NCBI GenBank assembly: GCA_963775425.1
Contig: CAVZJB010000017.1
Coordinates: forward strand, 288,001-352,000
Origin: an uncultured delta proteobacterium
GTDB lineage: Bacteria > Myxococcota > UBA727 > VGSZ01
DNA: 64,000 nucleotides
Direction: 5' to 3'
How positions within the stretch are numbered: position 1 is the stretch's first letter; each line of letters begins with the position of its first letter. A program made the translations under genes and the position numbers. Positions 40,994 to 51,311 of this stretch are shown here, in pieces. The notes under the pieces are model-generated. The model saw nothing but the letters and a program-made list of their open reading frames with translations, did no database searches and was not told the origin of the DNA.

Positions 40994-42349
40994 CTACAGC
41001 GACGCGAAGATGTCGAGCACGTTCCCCACGCGCGTGCGCCACGCGCTCTCGTTGTGCGGGGCGCCTTCCTGGATGACGTAGAACAGGTCGGTGCCGTCGA
41101 CGTATCCCTGGCTCCGCAACAGGTCGCGCATCTGCGCGGTCTCACAGGAGTTGTCGCCGGCGTCGACGTCGTCGTCGATGCCGTCGCCGTCGAGGTCGGC
41201 GCAGCCCGAGGCGGTGCCGCCGGAGTCGAGGTAGATGACGGTCTCTCTGTGGCCGGCACCGGTGTAGCGATCGATGATCGTGTCATCGTTGTCGACGTCG
41301 AAGCTGCCCCAGCCGAGCGTCCCCGAGAGGCTCGCGGCGAACGCGTACGCCCCCGGGTTCCTGTCGGCGATGTCGAGGCTCACGAGGCCACCGAGCGAGC
41401 TCCCCATCACGCCCACGGGCCCGGGCTCGCCGTAGACGCGGCGGATGAGCGGGCGCACCACCTGCTCGAGGAGCTGGTCGTACGCCGCCGAGCCGCCGCC
41501 CTCCCCCGGCGGCGGCCCGCCCAGGAGCTCCGGCACCGGCGTGTACTCGAAGACGCGATCCGCGGTGTTGTCGATCCCGACGACCATCACGCCGTCCGGA
41601 ATGGACTCCTCGATGTGCCAGCCGCTCCCGTCGAAGGACAGCGGCGGGTCCCAGAGGTTCTGGCCGTCGTGCGCGTACATCACGCGCGTCACCGGGCCCG
41701 GCGGAAAGAGCACGCGCACGGTGCGCGGCGCGAGGCCGAACCCGCCCACGCCGAAGTGCCGCTCGCGCCCGCCGCTCTGCCCGGCCTGCCCCACGGCGGC
41801 GCGCGACGTGAGCGACAGCTCGCCGAAGTCGTCCCACGTATACGCGCGTGAAAATGCGTCCGCCGCGAACGTCGTCCCGTCGGTGAATTTGTAGCCGGTG
41901 CCGTCGGGCGCCGCGCGCACCAACCACGCGAACGTCCCCTCGTCGTTCATCGGCTCGGGCACCCAGTCGTTCAAATCGCCCGCGAGCTCGCGCAGCCCGC
42001 CGGTGGTGACGAACAGCGTCCCCTCGTCGAAGCGCGCCGGCAGCCCGCGGCTCTGCGTGAGCGCCAGGAGCGCGCCGTCCGGATCCGCGCGGAGCGCGGC
42101 CAGGGTGTCGTCGAGGGTGTCGAAGGGATCGCCTTCGCCCTCGCCCTCGCCTTCTCCTTCTCCTTCTCCTTCTCCTTCTCCCTCTCCCTCTCCCTCTCCT
42201 TCTCCCTCTCCTTCTCCCTCTCCTTCTCCCTCGCCCGGATCGTCGGCCGCGGGCGGCGGGGGCGGCGGGGGCGGCGGGGTCTCCTCGAGGTCGTCGAGGC
42301 AGGCGGCGAGAGGGACGAGCAGGGCCGCGAGGAGAGCGAGGCGGTGCAT
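40994..42349 (-). CDS. Lipoprotein alpha/beta-hydrolase (IroE/Fes-like esterase) with (GE)n linker and CBM48-like module
   Basis: ATG 42349, lipobox LAAC, AGDLNDW...YKF, YAHDGQN, GSSLGG nucleophile and HNESAW. Confidence 0.85.
   Translation of the reverse strand: MHRLALLAALLVPLAACLDDLEETPPPPPPPPPAADDPGEGEGEGEGEGEGEGEGEGEGEGEGEGEGEGEGEGDPFDTLDDTLAALRADPDGALLALTQSRGLPARFDEGTLFVTTGGLRELAGDLNDWVPEPMNDEGTFAWLVRAAPDGTGYKFTDGTTFAADAFSRAYTWDDFGELSLTSRAAVGQAGQSGGRERHFGVGGFGLAPRTVRVLFPPGPVTRVMYAHDGQNLWDPPLSFDGSGWHIEESIPDGVMVVGIDNTADRVFEYTPVPELLGGPPPGEGGGSAAYDQLLEQVVRPLIRRVYGEPGPVGVMGSSLGGLVSLDIADRNPGAYAFAASLSGTLGWGSFDVDNDDTIIDRYTGAGHRETVIYLDSGGTASGCADLDGDGIDDDVDAGDNSCETAQMRDLLRSQGYVDGTDLFYVIQEGAPHNESAWRTRVGNVLDIFASL
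42130..42236 (-). repeat. (Gly-Glu)n coding repeat
   Basis: ccttct/ccctct/ccctcg hexamer array on the + strand. Confidence 0.9.
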
Positions 42350-42477
42350 CGCGCGAGCATGCAGCGCCGTTCGCCGCATGCAACGGGAAGGCCGCAATCG
42401 TGCAACGTTTCTGCGAACGTGCCGCGGAAGGGTTGTGACCGGGCCCGGCGCGGAGTAGCCGACGCCCGGAGGGATCC

Positions 42478-43128
42478 ATGACCTTTCTCGATCGGGCGGT
42501 GAAGATGCTCCTGCCGCGGGAGGAGGGGTTCTTCGACCTCCTCGAACGCGGCGCCACCTGCGCCCGCGACGCAGGCGCCACCATGCGCGACCTCTGCGCG
42601 GCCAACACGCCCGAGGAGCGAAAGCAGAAGCTCGCCCACCTCCGCGACATCGAGCACGCCGCCGACGCCGTCATCCACGAGACGTACGACGCCCTCAACA
42701 GCACCTTCGTCACCCCCATCGACCGCAGCGACATCTACACGCTCGCCACCGACCTCGAGGACATCGTCGACGTCAACCACGCCACCGCCATGCAGCTCGT
42801 CACGCACTCGATGAACGACGTGCCCGACGGCAGCGCCGAGATCGCGCAGCTCATCGCGCAGGCCACCAACGAGATCTCCGACGCCGTGAAGCTGTTGCGG
42901 AACCTCAAGCGGCCCGAGGCCGTGCGCGAGCACGCCACCAAGCTCTCCACGTACGAGCACAGCGGCGACGAGATCTTCCGCACCCGCATCGGGGCCCTCT
43001 TCCGCGACGAGAAGGACGCCATCCGGCTCATCCAGCACAAGGAGTTCCTCGAGGGGCTCGAGCAGGCCCTCGACGAGTGCGATCGCGTCGGCACCGCGCT
43101 GCAGACCATCGTCATCAAGAACGCGTGA
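42478..43128 (+). CDS. DUF47 (PhoU-like) phosphate transport regulator
   Basis: LPREEGFFDL, IEHAAD, FVTPIDR.DI and YEH.GD; lies upstream of pit. Confidence 0.92.
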   Translation: MTFLDRAVKMLLPREEGFFDLLERGATCARDAGATMRDLCAANTPEERKQKLAHLRDIEHAADAVIHETYDALNSTFVTPIDRSDIYTLATDLEDIVDVNHATAMQLVTHSMNDVPDGSAEIAQLIAQATNEISDAVKLLRNLKRPEAVREHATKLSTYEHSGDEIFRTRIGALFRDEKDAIRLIQHKEFLEGLEQALDECDRVGTALQTIVIKNA

Positions 43129-43135
43129 GGACGCC

Positions 43136-44146
43136 GTGAGCCTCTTCGCCATCGTCGTCCTCGTCGTCATCACCGCGGTGGTCTTCGACTACATCAACGG
43201 CTTTCACGACGCCGCCAACGCGGTCGCCACCGTGGTCTCCACCGGCGTGTTGCCCATGCGCACCGCCATCATCCTCGCGGCGCTCCTCAACATCGCCGGC
43301 GCGTTCGCCGGTCAGGCCGTGGCCAAGACCATCGGCGGCGACCTCCTCGACGGCAGCGTGGTCACCCAGGTGCTCGTGTTGAGCGCGCTCGTCGGCGCCG
43401 TCACCTGGAACCTCATCACCTGGTACTTCGGCATCCCGTCGTCGTCGTCGCACGCGCTCATCGGCGGCATCGTCGGCGCAGGCGCCATGAAGGCGGGCAT
43501 GGGCGCCATCAAGATGGAGGGCGTCGAAAAGGTCGTGAAGGGCCTCATCATCTCGCCCATCGTCGGCGCCATCGTCGCCTTCCTCGTCATGATCGCCATC
43601 CTCTGGATGGCGCGGCGCGGACGGCCCACGGTGATGAATCGGCTGTTTCGCCGGCTGCAGATGCTGTCGTCGATCTTCATGGCGTTTTCCCACGGCAGCA
43701 ACGACGCCCAGAAGAGCATGGGCGTCATCACCATGGCGCTCGTCTCGTACGGCGCCGTTCACAAGGACGCCGCCGCCGACTTCAGCATCCCGTCGTGGGT
43801 GATCCTCGTGTGCGCCACCGCCATGGGCCTCGGCACCGCCGCCGGCGGCACGCGCATCATCAAGACCATGGGCACCAAGATCATCGACCTCAAGCCCGTG
43901 CACGGCTTCGCCGCGGAGACGGCGGCCACGGCCACCATCCTCGGGGCCTCCTTCCTCGGCGTGCCCGTGTCGACGACGCACGTGATCTCCGGCTGCATCC
44001 TCGGCGTCGGCTCCTCGCAGCGCGTGAGCGCCGTGCGCTGGGGCGTCACCGCGCGCATCGTCTGGGCCTGGGTGCTCACCATCCCCATCGCCGCCCTGGT
44101 CGCCGCCGGCGTCTACGCGGTGGCCTCGCGCGTCCTCGGTGCGTAG
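43136..44146 (+). CDS. pit: Inorganic phosphate transporter (PiT family)
   Basis: NGFHDAANAVAT, GIPSSSSHALIG, HGSNDAQK.MG and PVSTTH. Confidence 0.95.
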   Translation: MSLFAIVVLVVITAVVFDYINGFHDAANAVATVVSTGVLPMRTAIILAALLNIAGAFAGQAVAKTIGGDLLDGSVVTQVLVLSALVGAVTWNLITWYFGIPSSSSHALIGGIVGAGAMKAGMGAIKMEGVEKVVKGLIISPIVGAIVAFLVMIAILWMARRGRPTVMNRLFRRLQMLSSIFMAFSHGSNDAQKSMGVITMALVSYGAVHKDAAADFSIPSWVILVCATAMGLGTAAGGTRIIKTMGTKIIDLKPVHGFAAETAATATILGASFLGVPVSTTHVISGCILGVGSSQRVSAVRWGVTARIVWAWVLTIPIAALVAAGVYAVASRVLGA

Positions 44147-44155
44147 AGGATCTGC

Positions 44156-45577
<1,422 letters not shown>

Positions 45578-45706
45578 CCGTCGTCGTGAGAGAGACGATC
45601 GCGCGGCGATGTGCGTTCAGGTGCGACGTGCGCGGACGCGAACATGAGCCGCCGATCCGGGCGGGGGCCGAATTCCGTTGCTACGATCGACGTCGAGGGT
45701 GCCGAA

Positions 45707-46183
45707 ATGAGCCGTCTTGCCGCCGATCTTCTCTGCCGCTCACTCCTCTGCTTCGGCATCGCCGCCGGCGTCGCCGGATTCCTCCGCGCGCCGCCGCGGG
45801 AGCATCCGGTGCAAGCGTGCAATGACGACAGCTACGGCGCCGTCTTCGGCGCCTACGACGACGACGGAGACCTCGTCGCCACCAACGTCATCCCGCTCGT
45901 GACGGGACAGGAGTTCGGCTGGAGCCTCGCCGTCGACGACACGTTCGAGCACACGTGGCGCGAGGTGCTCATCACGCCCGCGCCGCCGCGCGAGTGGATC
46001 GGCGCCGACCTCGTGGTCACCGACGACGGCAAGGTCGGCGTCACCGAGCGCACCGAGGTCGCCGTGGACGGCATGCTCGAGCACGCGTGGACCATCACCG
46101 ACGGCGACCCCGCCGGCGCGCACGAGATGCAGATCTACCTCGACGGCCGCCTGGTGAAGACCTTCCACTTCCTGATCCGCTGA
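45707..46183 (+). CDS. Hypothetical exported/membrane protein
   Basis: Hydrophobic N-terminus and beta-rich body (HAWTITDGDP.G.HEMQIYLDG); good codon bias. Its TGA stop is the IS target. Confidence 0.7.
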   Translation: MSRLAADLLCRSLLCFGIAAGVAGFLRAPPREHPVQACNDDSYGAVFGAYDDDGDLVATNVIPLVTGQEFGWSLAVDDTFEHTWREVLITPAPPREWIGADLVVTDDGKVGVTERTEVAVDGMLEHAWTITDGDPAGAHEMQIYLDGRLVKTFHFLIR

Positions 46184-47912
46184 AAGGCTGACGAAAAATA
46201 AGGCTCGTAGCAGCACTCGGCGAAGCCGCCCACAAGGTGGCTCGCCGCGCGGAGTACGGGGCGAGGCACGTCGGCGCGCAAGAACCGCTGCGGGTTGTGA
46301 GGAAACGGCGGGTCCGAGCGGTGTTGTGATCCCGCTATCAGCGCACGTGGCGGGTTCGTGCGGGTCGTGTGCGCGCCGACGTGCCTCGATGCGACGTCGG
46401 TGCGACTTCAGGCGGTGAGCTTCGCGAGGTTCTGCAGCAGGTTGAAGGCCACGGCTGCCATCAGGGCGACCGTCGTCACCTTCGCTAGCCCCCGTACGTA
46501 GAGCGTGTCGACGCCAAGCTGGGCCTTGAGCACGGCGTTGGCGTGCTCGGCGAGACCAGGGCGCGTGCGGTATCGCGCCTTCGCTGCGGCGCTCTTCATC
46601 CACGCCCTGTACTGGTCCAGCCGTGGATCAGGCTTCTGGTGCTTGCGGCGATCGCCGGCCCGCGCGGCCGAGCTGGCGGGATCACGGGCAGGATCTCACG
46701 GCGATCGAGCTCCTTGACGTCGTCGCGGTTGAAGTGGTTCGCGTCGGCGAGCACCACGGAAGGCGCGCGGCCGAGACGACGGACGACGTCGTCTTGCATA
46801 GGCAGGACGCTGCACATGTCGCTGCCGACGTTCGTGACGCGCACGCCGACGATGGACCGAGGACCGCCGGTCTTCTTCCCTACGACGCCGAGCTGGATGT
46901 TGTACGCAGGCCGGAAGCCGCCGTCGGCCATCTTCATCACACGTGCGTCCTTGTCCGTCGTCGAGGCCCGCACCTCGCGACCGTCGCTCCTGGGCGGCGG
47001 CTTCTTGAGCGTCTTGATCGCGTCCTCGACGCGCCGCTTGTAGTCACGCGCCTTCGCGGCGCGGGCCGCGTGCGCCGCATCGGAGATCTCCGGATTGTCG
47101 GATCGGCGAGCACCGCTTTCAAGTGGAGCTCGGCATGCTCGCGACACTCCTTCAGGCCACCCTCGCTGCGGAACGACGGCGCGCCGGCCGACGCGCGAAC
47201 GCGTGTGCCGTCCTGCGCCATGGTGCGCAGTGACACCAGCCCCCTGTGATCGAGCACCGCGAGGACATCGGTGAGGAGCTTGTCGAACGCGGCGCCGCGA
47301 TCGACGCGGAACCTGGCGATGACATCGTGACTCGGGCGCAGATCGCCGACGATAAAACGGAAGGCGTCGTCGTTCGTCGTCAGCCGCGCGATCTCCCGGG
47401 CGCTCCCGATCCCTTGGCCTATCGCGTACAGCCACAGCGTCAGGAGCATCCGCGGGCTCGTAATCGGGCGCCCACCGCCAAACTGCACGGCCTTGGCGCT
47501 GGCTGTGAACCTGTCGAGGTCGAGCCCGCCGATCACGCGGTCGATCGCCGTTCAGGTTCCTGGATTCGCGCGGGGCGCTTGAGCTTCACCATGCAAGGTG
47601 GATCAGCTCGAGCCGCACTTTTGGCGCGCACATCTCGGTGAGTTGCGAGTGCTTGGGCGCTCGGAATCAGCGAAGGCTAGACAACGTCGCCACCGCCGGA
47701 GCGGAAAGGAGCGGAGAGCTCGGCGCCCCGGCGCTCAACTCGGCGCGCGTCTTCGTCGCCGAGCTCGGAGCTCCTTTCCGCTCCGCCGTGTGGCCGTAGC
47801 ACCGTCCCCTTCCGGGTGGCTCGGATCAACGGTCCATCGGGCCAGCCCTCGTCGCCACTCGCGGCGCTCTCGATGACGCGGATCCCGATGGATCACGTTA
47901 CGCGTCAGCCTC
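46184..47912 (-). mobile_element. Degenerate IS1182-like insertion sequence (1729 bp)
   Basis: Terminal IRs AAGGCTGACG (46184-46193) and CGTCAGCCTC (47903-47912), 9/10 match; TGA duplicated at 46181-46183 and 47913-47915. Confidence 0.75.
46408..47592 (-). pseudogene. IS1182-family transposase pseudogene (frameshifts and deletions)
   Basis: Fragments in different frames: GGRP..SPRMLL.LWLYA...GIGSAREIARL; AQDGTRVRASAG; STTD.DARVMKMADGGFRPAYN.Q; YRTR...EH.NA..K......VRGL.KV. Confidence 0.9.
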
Positions 47913-47921
47913 TGACTTGAG

Positions 47922-47957
47922 CGGCGGTGGCGACGCCACAGCTCGGCGGACAGCGCG
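47922..47957. repeat. 36-bp direct repeat, copy 1 (copy 2 at 49029-49064, the GH1 3' end)
   Basis: cggcggtggcg(a/g)cgccacagctcggcggacagcgcg, 35/36 identical. Confidence 0.9.
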
Positions 47958-48018
47958 CCGAGATCCGGAGCCGACGACGTACGCAGGTGTTCCGCTGAAT
48001 GCCCCGAGCGGCTCCCCG

Positions 48019-48535
48019 GCATCGCGCACCTCTCCGGCATCGGCGTCGGTTCCGCTGTCCACGCCACCTTCGCGCTCCTCGCCGGCGTCAACCGGCGGCG
48101 TCCCCGCGTCGAGCACGTCGCCGGTGCCCCCCGCCGCATTCGCAGCCGGCGAGGAGCACACAGCAAAGAACGGAGGCGCGCATCCCGTCTACCAGCGCCC
48201 GATCCGCACGACGATCATCCCCTTTCTGGGCCTCGTCGCAGGCGTAGGGGACGCTGGGGAGGTCGACGATGCACGGCGGCGGCCCGGCGTCGAGCGGCAC
48301 CCCAGCATCGCGCACCTCTCCGCCATCATCGGCGTCGGTTCCGCTGTCCACGCCACCTGCATCGCGCTTGTCGCCGGCGTCGAGCGGCGGCGTCCCCGGG
48401 TCGAGCACGTCACCGCCGGCGTCGGTGGGCAGGAGCCGCCCCCCGCCGCATTCGCAGCCAGCGAGGAGCACACAGCAAAGGACGGAGGCGCGCATCCCGT
48501 CTACCAGCGCCCGATCCGCACGACGATCATCCCCT
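48019..48535. repeat. Imperfect duplication of about 205-230 bp (48019-48223 and 48305-48535)
   Basis: Both copies encode MRASVLCCVLLAGCECGG...DAG on the minus strand; the last ~95 bp are nearly identical. Confidence 0.88.
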
Positions 48536-48960
48536 CGCCGGGATACCCGGCAAGATTCTTTCCTGGATCCGACCATGCGATGTCACCGTGTTCCTCGCCG
48601 TCGACGTTCCCCATGGCCACCGCGGCGCCCGCCCGACACGCTGCGCAGTCGCTCTGGGACGAGTTTGCGGTTGTAAAGCCGCCGTCGCGCCCGAAGAAGA
48701 CCTCGATCAATCCTTCACTCGGCGTGTTCACGTTGTTGGACCAATCGGGCTCACCGATGATCACGTCGTCGAAGCCGTCGAGGTTGACATCCTCTCCACC
48801 GGCAATCGCTGAGCCGAAGTGCGCACCGGCAACGCCTCGATTGAGGGTCGCGGATGGCGAGGTTGACGGCCCCCCGCTCGAGACCGCACCGAAGAACGCC
48901 TTGCCCCGCTCCGACCCGGCGATCCCGGCGACCCTCGCAGTGCCGCTCGACGCCGTGCCG
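48501..48960 (-). pseudogene. FG-GAP (integrin-like) repeat protein fragment
   Basis: HFGSAIAGGEDVNLDGFDDVIIGEP and AGAAVAMGNVDG; no credible start. Confidence 0.65.
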
Positions 48961-49024
48961 CACGCCGCAAACGACGCGAACGAGGAGCCTCGATGCCGTC
49001 GCGTCTTCCTCATTCGCTGAGCGC

Positions 49025-50506
49025 TCATCGGCGGTGGCGGCGCCACAGCTCGGCGGACAGCGCGTTCTGTGACGCGATCTGCTTGTAGACCTCGACGCTC
49101 GCGCGCGGCCTGCGGGCGAAGTCGTCCTCGTAGTCGACGGCGTACAGGCCGAAGCGCGGGCCAAAGCCCTCGGCCCACTCGAAGTTGTCGATCAGCGACC
49201 AGTGGAAGTACCCGCGCACGTCGACGCCGTGGTGCTCCGCCGCGCGCCAGAGGGCCTGCGCGTGGCGCACGAGGAAGCGCTGCCGGCGCACATCGTCGTC
49301 CTCGTTGTCCGCGAGGCCGTTTTCGAGCACGTACAGCGGCCGCGCATAGCGCTCCGAGAACCGCACCAGGGTGTCCGTGAGCGAGGCCTCGTCCGCGGCC
49401 CAGCCGAGATCGCTCACCTCCTCGCCGGGCTCATCGGGATCCCGGTGGCGCACGTCGACCTTGCCCGGGCGCGTCGGGTGCGCCTTGACGTACGAGCGCC
49501 CGTAGAAGTTCACGCCGACGTAATCCATCGTCCCGCGCACGCCCTCGACGACGCCCACGCCCCGGAGCACGCCGGTCTGCAGCGCGTCGAGGAATTCGAG
49601 GACGAAGGCGCGGTCGGCGAACGCCGCGGCGATGCGGTCGAGCGGCGAAGCGTCGCGCCACGGCATGAAGGCGCGCACGTGCTTGGCGATCCCCACCGAC
49701 GTCACGGTGCCCCGGCGCGCGGCGTCCGCGTGCAACGCCCGGTACGCCACCGCGTTCATGCGCAGCAGCGACGTCACGACGGACGCCACCGCGGGGGGGC
49801 CGCTGCGCTTCTCGTTCGGCGGGAAGACGCCGTCGAGATAGCCCTGCACGACGACCACCATGGGCTCGTTGATGGTGCACCAGAAGCGCACACGATCGCC
49901 CAGCGCCGCCGCCGCCGCCGCCGCGTATTGCTCGAAGCGCGCGACCGCGTCGTGGCGCTCGAGCCCCCGCAAGCCGCCGGAGCTCTGCGCGAGCCACGCG
50001 GGGATGGCGAAGTGGTGCAGCGTCACGAACGGCACCATGCCGCAGCGCGCGCACTCGTCGACGACGCGGCTGTAGAAGTCGAGCGCCCCCGGGTCCGGCG
50101 CGTCCATGTCTTCGCGCGGGAACAGCCGCGACCATGACAACGAGAAGCGGTGCGCGTTGTGTCCCATGGACGCCGCGCGGCGCAGGTCCTCGACGTAGAG
50201 CCGGTCGAAGTCGCACTTCTTGGCGAGCACCACCGTCGGCACGTCGGCGATGCCGGCGATGTGGGCGCTGGGGTCGCCGGCGCGCGCGCGGATCTCGAGC
50301 TCGGTCCAGTCGCTCGGCTGCTGGTGCTCGATCTGCTGGTCCGACGTGGCCGCGCCCCACAAAAAGCCCGCCGGAAAGAGAAACGGCCCCTCGCCGTCGT
50401 CGACAGGGCCGTAGGGCTTGCGCTTGGGCAGCCGCCACAGCGCGCGCAGAGCGCCGACGGACGCGCCCACCACCGCCGCCACCAGGAGCGCGACGAGCAA
50501 GCTCAC
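49025..50506 (-). CDS. Glycoside hydrolase family 1 (beta-glucosidase) with N-terminal membrane anchor
   Basis: FP.GFLWGAATS, RFSLSWSR, TINEP acid/base, VLENG nucleophile and WSLIDNFEWAEG...RFGL. Confidence 0.94.
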   Translation of the reverse strand: MSLLVALLVAAVVGASVGALRALWRLPKRKPYGPVDDGEGPFLFPAGFLWGAATSDQQIEHQQPSDWTELEIRARAGDPSAHIAGIADVPTVVLAKKCDFDRLYVEDLRRAASMGHNAHRFSLSWSRLFPREDMDAPDPGALDFYSRVVDECARCGMVPFVTLHHFAIPAWLAQSSGGLRGLERHDAVARFEQYAAAAAAALGDRVRFWCTINEPMVVVVQGYLDGVFPPNEKRSGPPAVASVVTSLLRMNAVAYRALHADAARRGTVTSVGIAKHVRAFMPWRDASPLDRIAAAFADRAFVLEFLDALQTGVLRGVGVVEGVRGTMDYVGVNFYGRSYVKAHPTRPGKVDVRHRDPDEPGEEVSDLGWAADEASLTDTLVRFSERYARPLYVLENGLADNEDDDVRRQRFLVRHAQALWRAAEHHGVDVRGYFHWSLIDNFEWAEGFGPRFGLYAVDYEDDFARRPRASVEVYKQIASQNALSAELWRRHRR

Positions 50507-50525
50507 GAAGGTCCCTCGCTGCGCG

Positions 50526-51278
50526 TCACGACAGCTCCATGCGGTAGCCGACGCCGCGGACGGTCTTGATGGAAAACGGCGACGTTGGCGTCCAGCGGAG
50601 CTTCTTCTTCAAGGACGACACGAAGTTGTCGACGGTGCGCTCGTCGACGACCACGTCCTTGCCCCATACGTGGTCGAGGATCTCGTTGCGTGACAGCGCC
50701 ACCCCCGCGCTGTCGACCAGCAGCACCAGCAGGTCGAGCTCCGTGCGCGTCATCGGCACTTCGGCGCCGCTCTCGTCGAGCACGCGGCGGGCGGCGCGCT
50801 CGACGCGCATCCCGCCGATCTGGACGACGCCGGGGCCGCCGCCCGCCCCGGCCGGCGCGCCGCCCGCCGCGCCCAGGGCGGCGCCCCGGCGAACCAGGGC
50901 GCGCACGCGCACGAGCAGCTCGCGCAGGCGGTACGGCTTCTTCAGGTAGTCGTCGGCGCCGGCGTCGAAGCCGCGCACCAGATCGTCTTCGAGGGTGCGA
51001 GCGGTGAGCATCAACACGCAGGGCGCGGGCGTGCCCGCTGCCGAGGCGCGGCGCTTCAGCTCGCTGCACAACGTGTAGCCGTCTCCGTCGGGCAGCATGA
51101 CGTCGAGGATGATGACGTCGAACGAGGCCGACGCGAGCATGCTCTCGGCGCCGGCGACGTCGGCGGCGGCGGCCACGGAGTAGCCCTCGTCGCGCAGCAC
51201 GTCGGCGAGCGTGAGCCGCAGGTTCTCGTCGTCCTCGACGAGGAGCACCCTGCCCGGTTGGTCCTGCGGCGTCGCCAA
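50526..51278 (-). CDS. OmpR/PhoB-family response regulator
   Basis: VEDD, LDVMLP, MLTA, GADDYL.KP and RTVDNF...TVRGVGY; TTG start. Confidence 0.93.
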   Translation of the reverse strand: MATPQDQPGRVLLVEDDENLRLTLADVLRDEGYSVAAAADVAGAESMLASASFDVIILDVMLPDGDGYTLCSELKRRASAAGTPAPCVLMLTARTLEDDLVRGFDAGADDYLKKPYRLRELLVRVRALVRRGAALGAAGGAPAGAGGGPGVVQIGGMRVERAARRVLDESGAEVPMTRTELDLLVLLVDSAGVALSRNEILDHVWGKDVVVDERTVDNFVSSLKKKLRWTPTSPFSIKTVRGVGYRMELS

Positions 51279-51311
51279 CTCGATTTCCTCCGCGCCACGA
51301 GGCCGGCCCGC

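Noticed and set aside
46408-47592. Programmed frameshifting giving an active transposase
   Set aside because: At least three frame breaks with apparent missing segments and no slippery motif; decay is more likely.
47917-49020. 367-aa plus-strand ORF across the islet
   Set aside because: The recognisable motifs (lipobox, FG-GAP) are on the minus strand; this is an antisense shadow.
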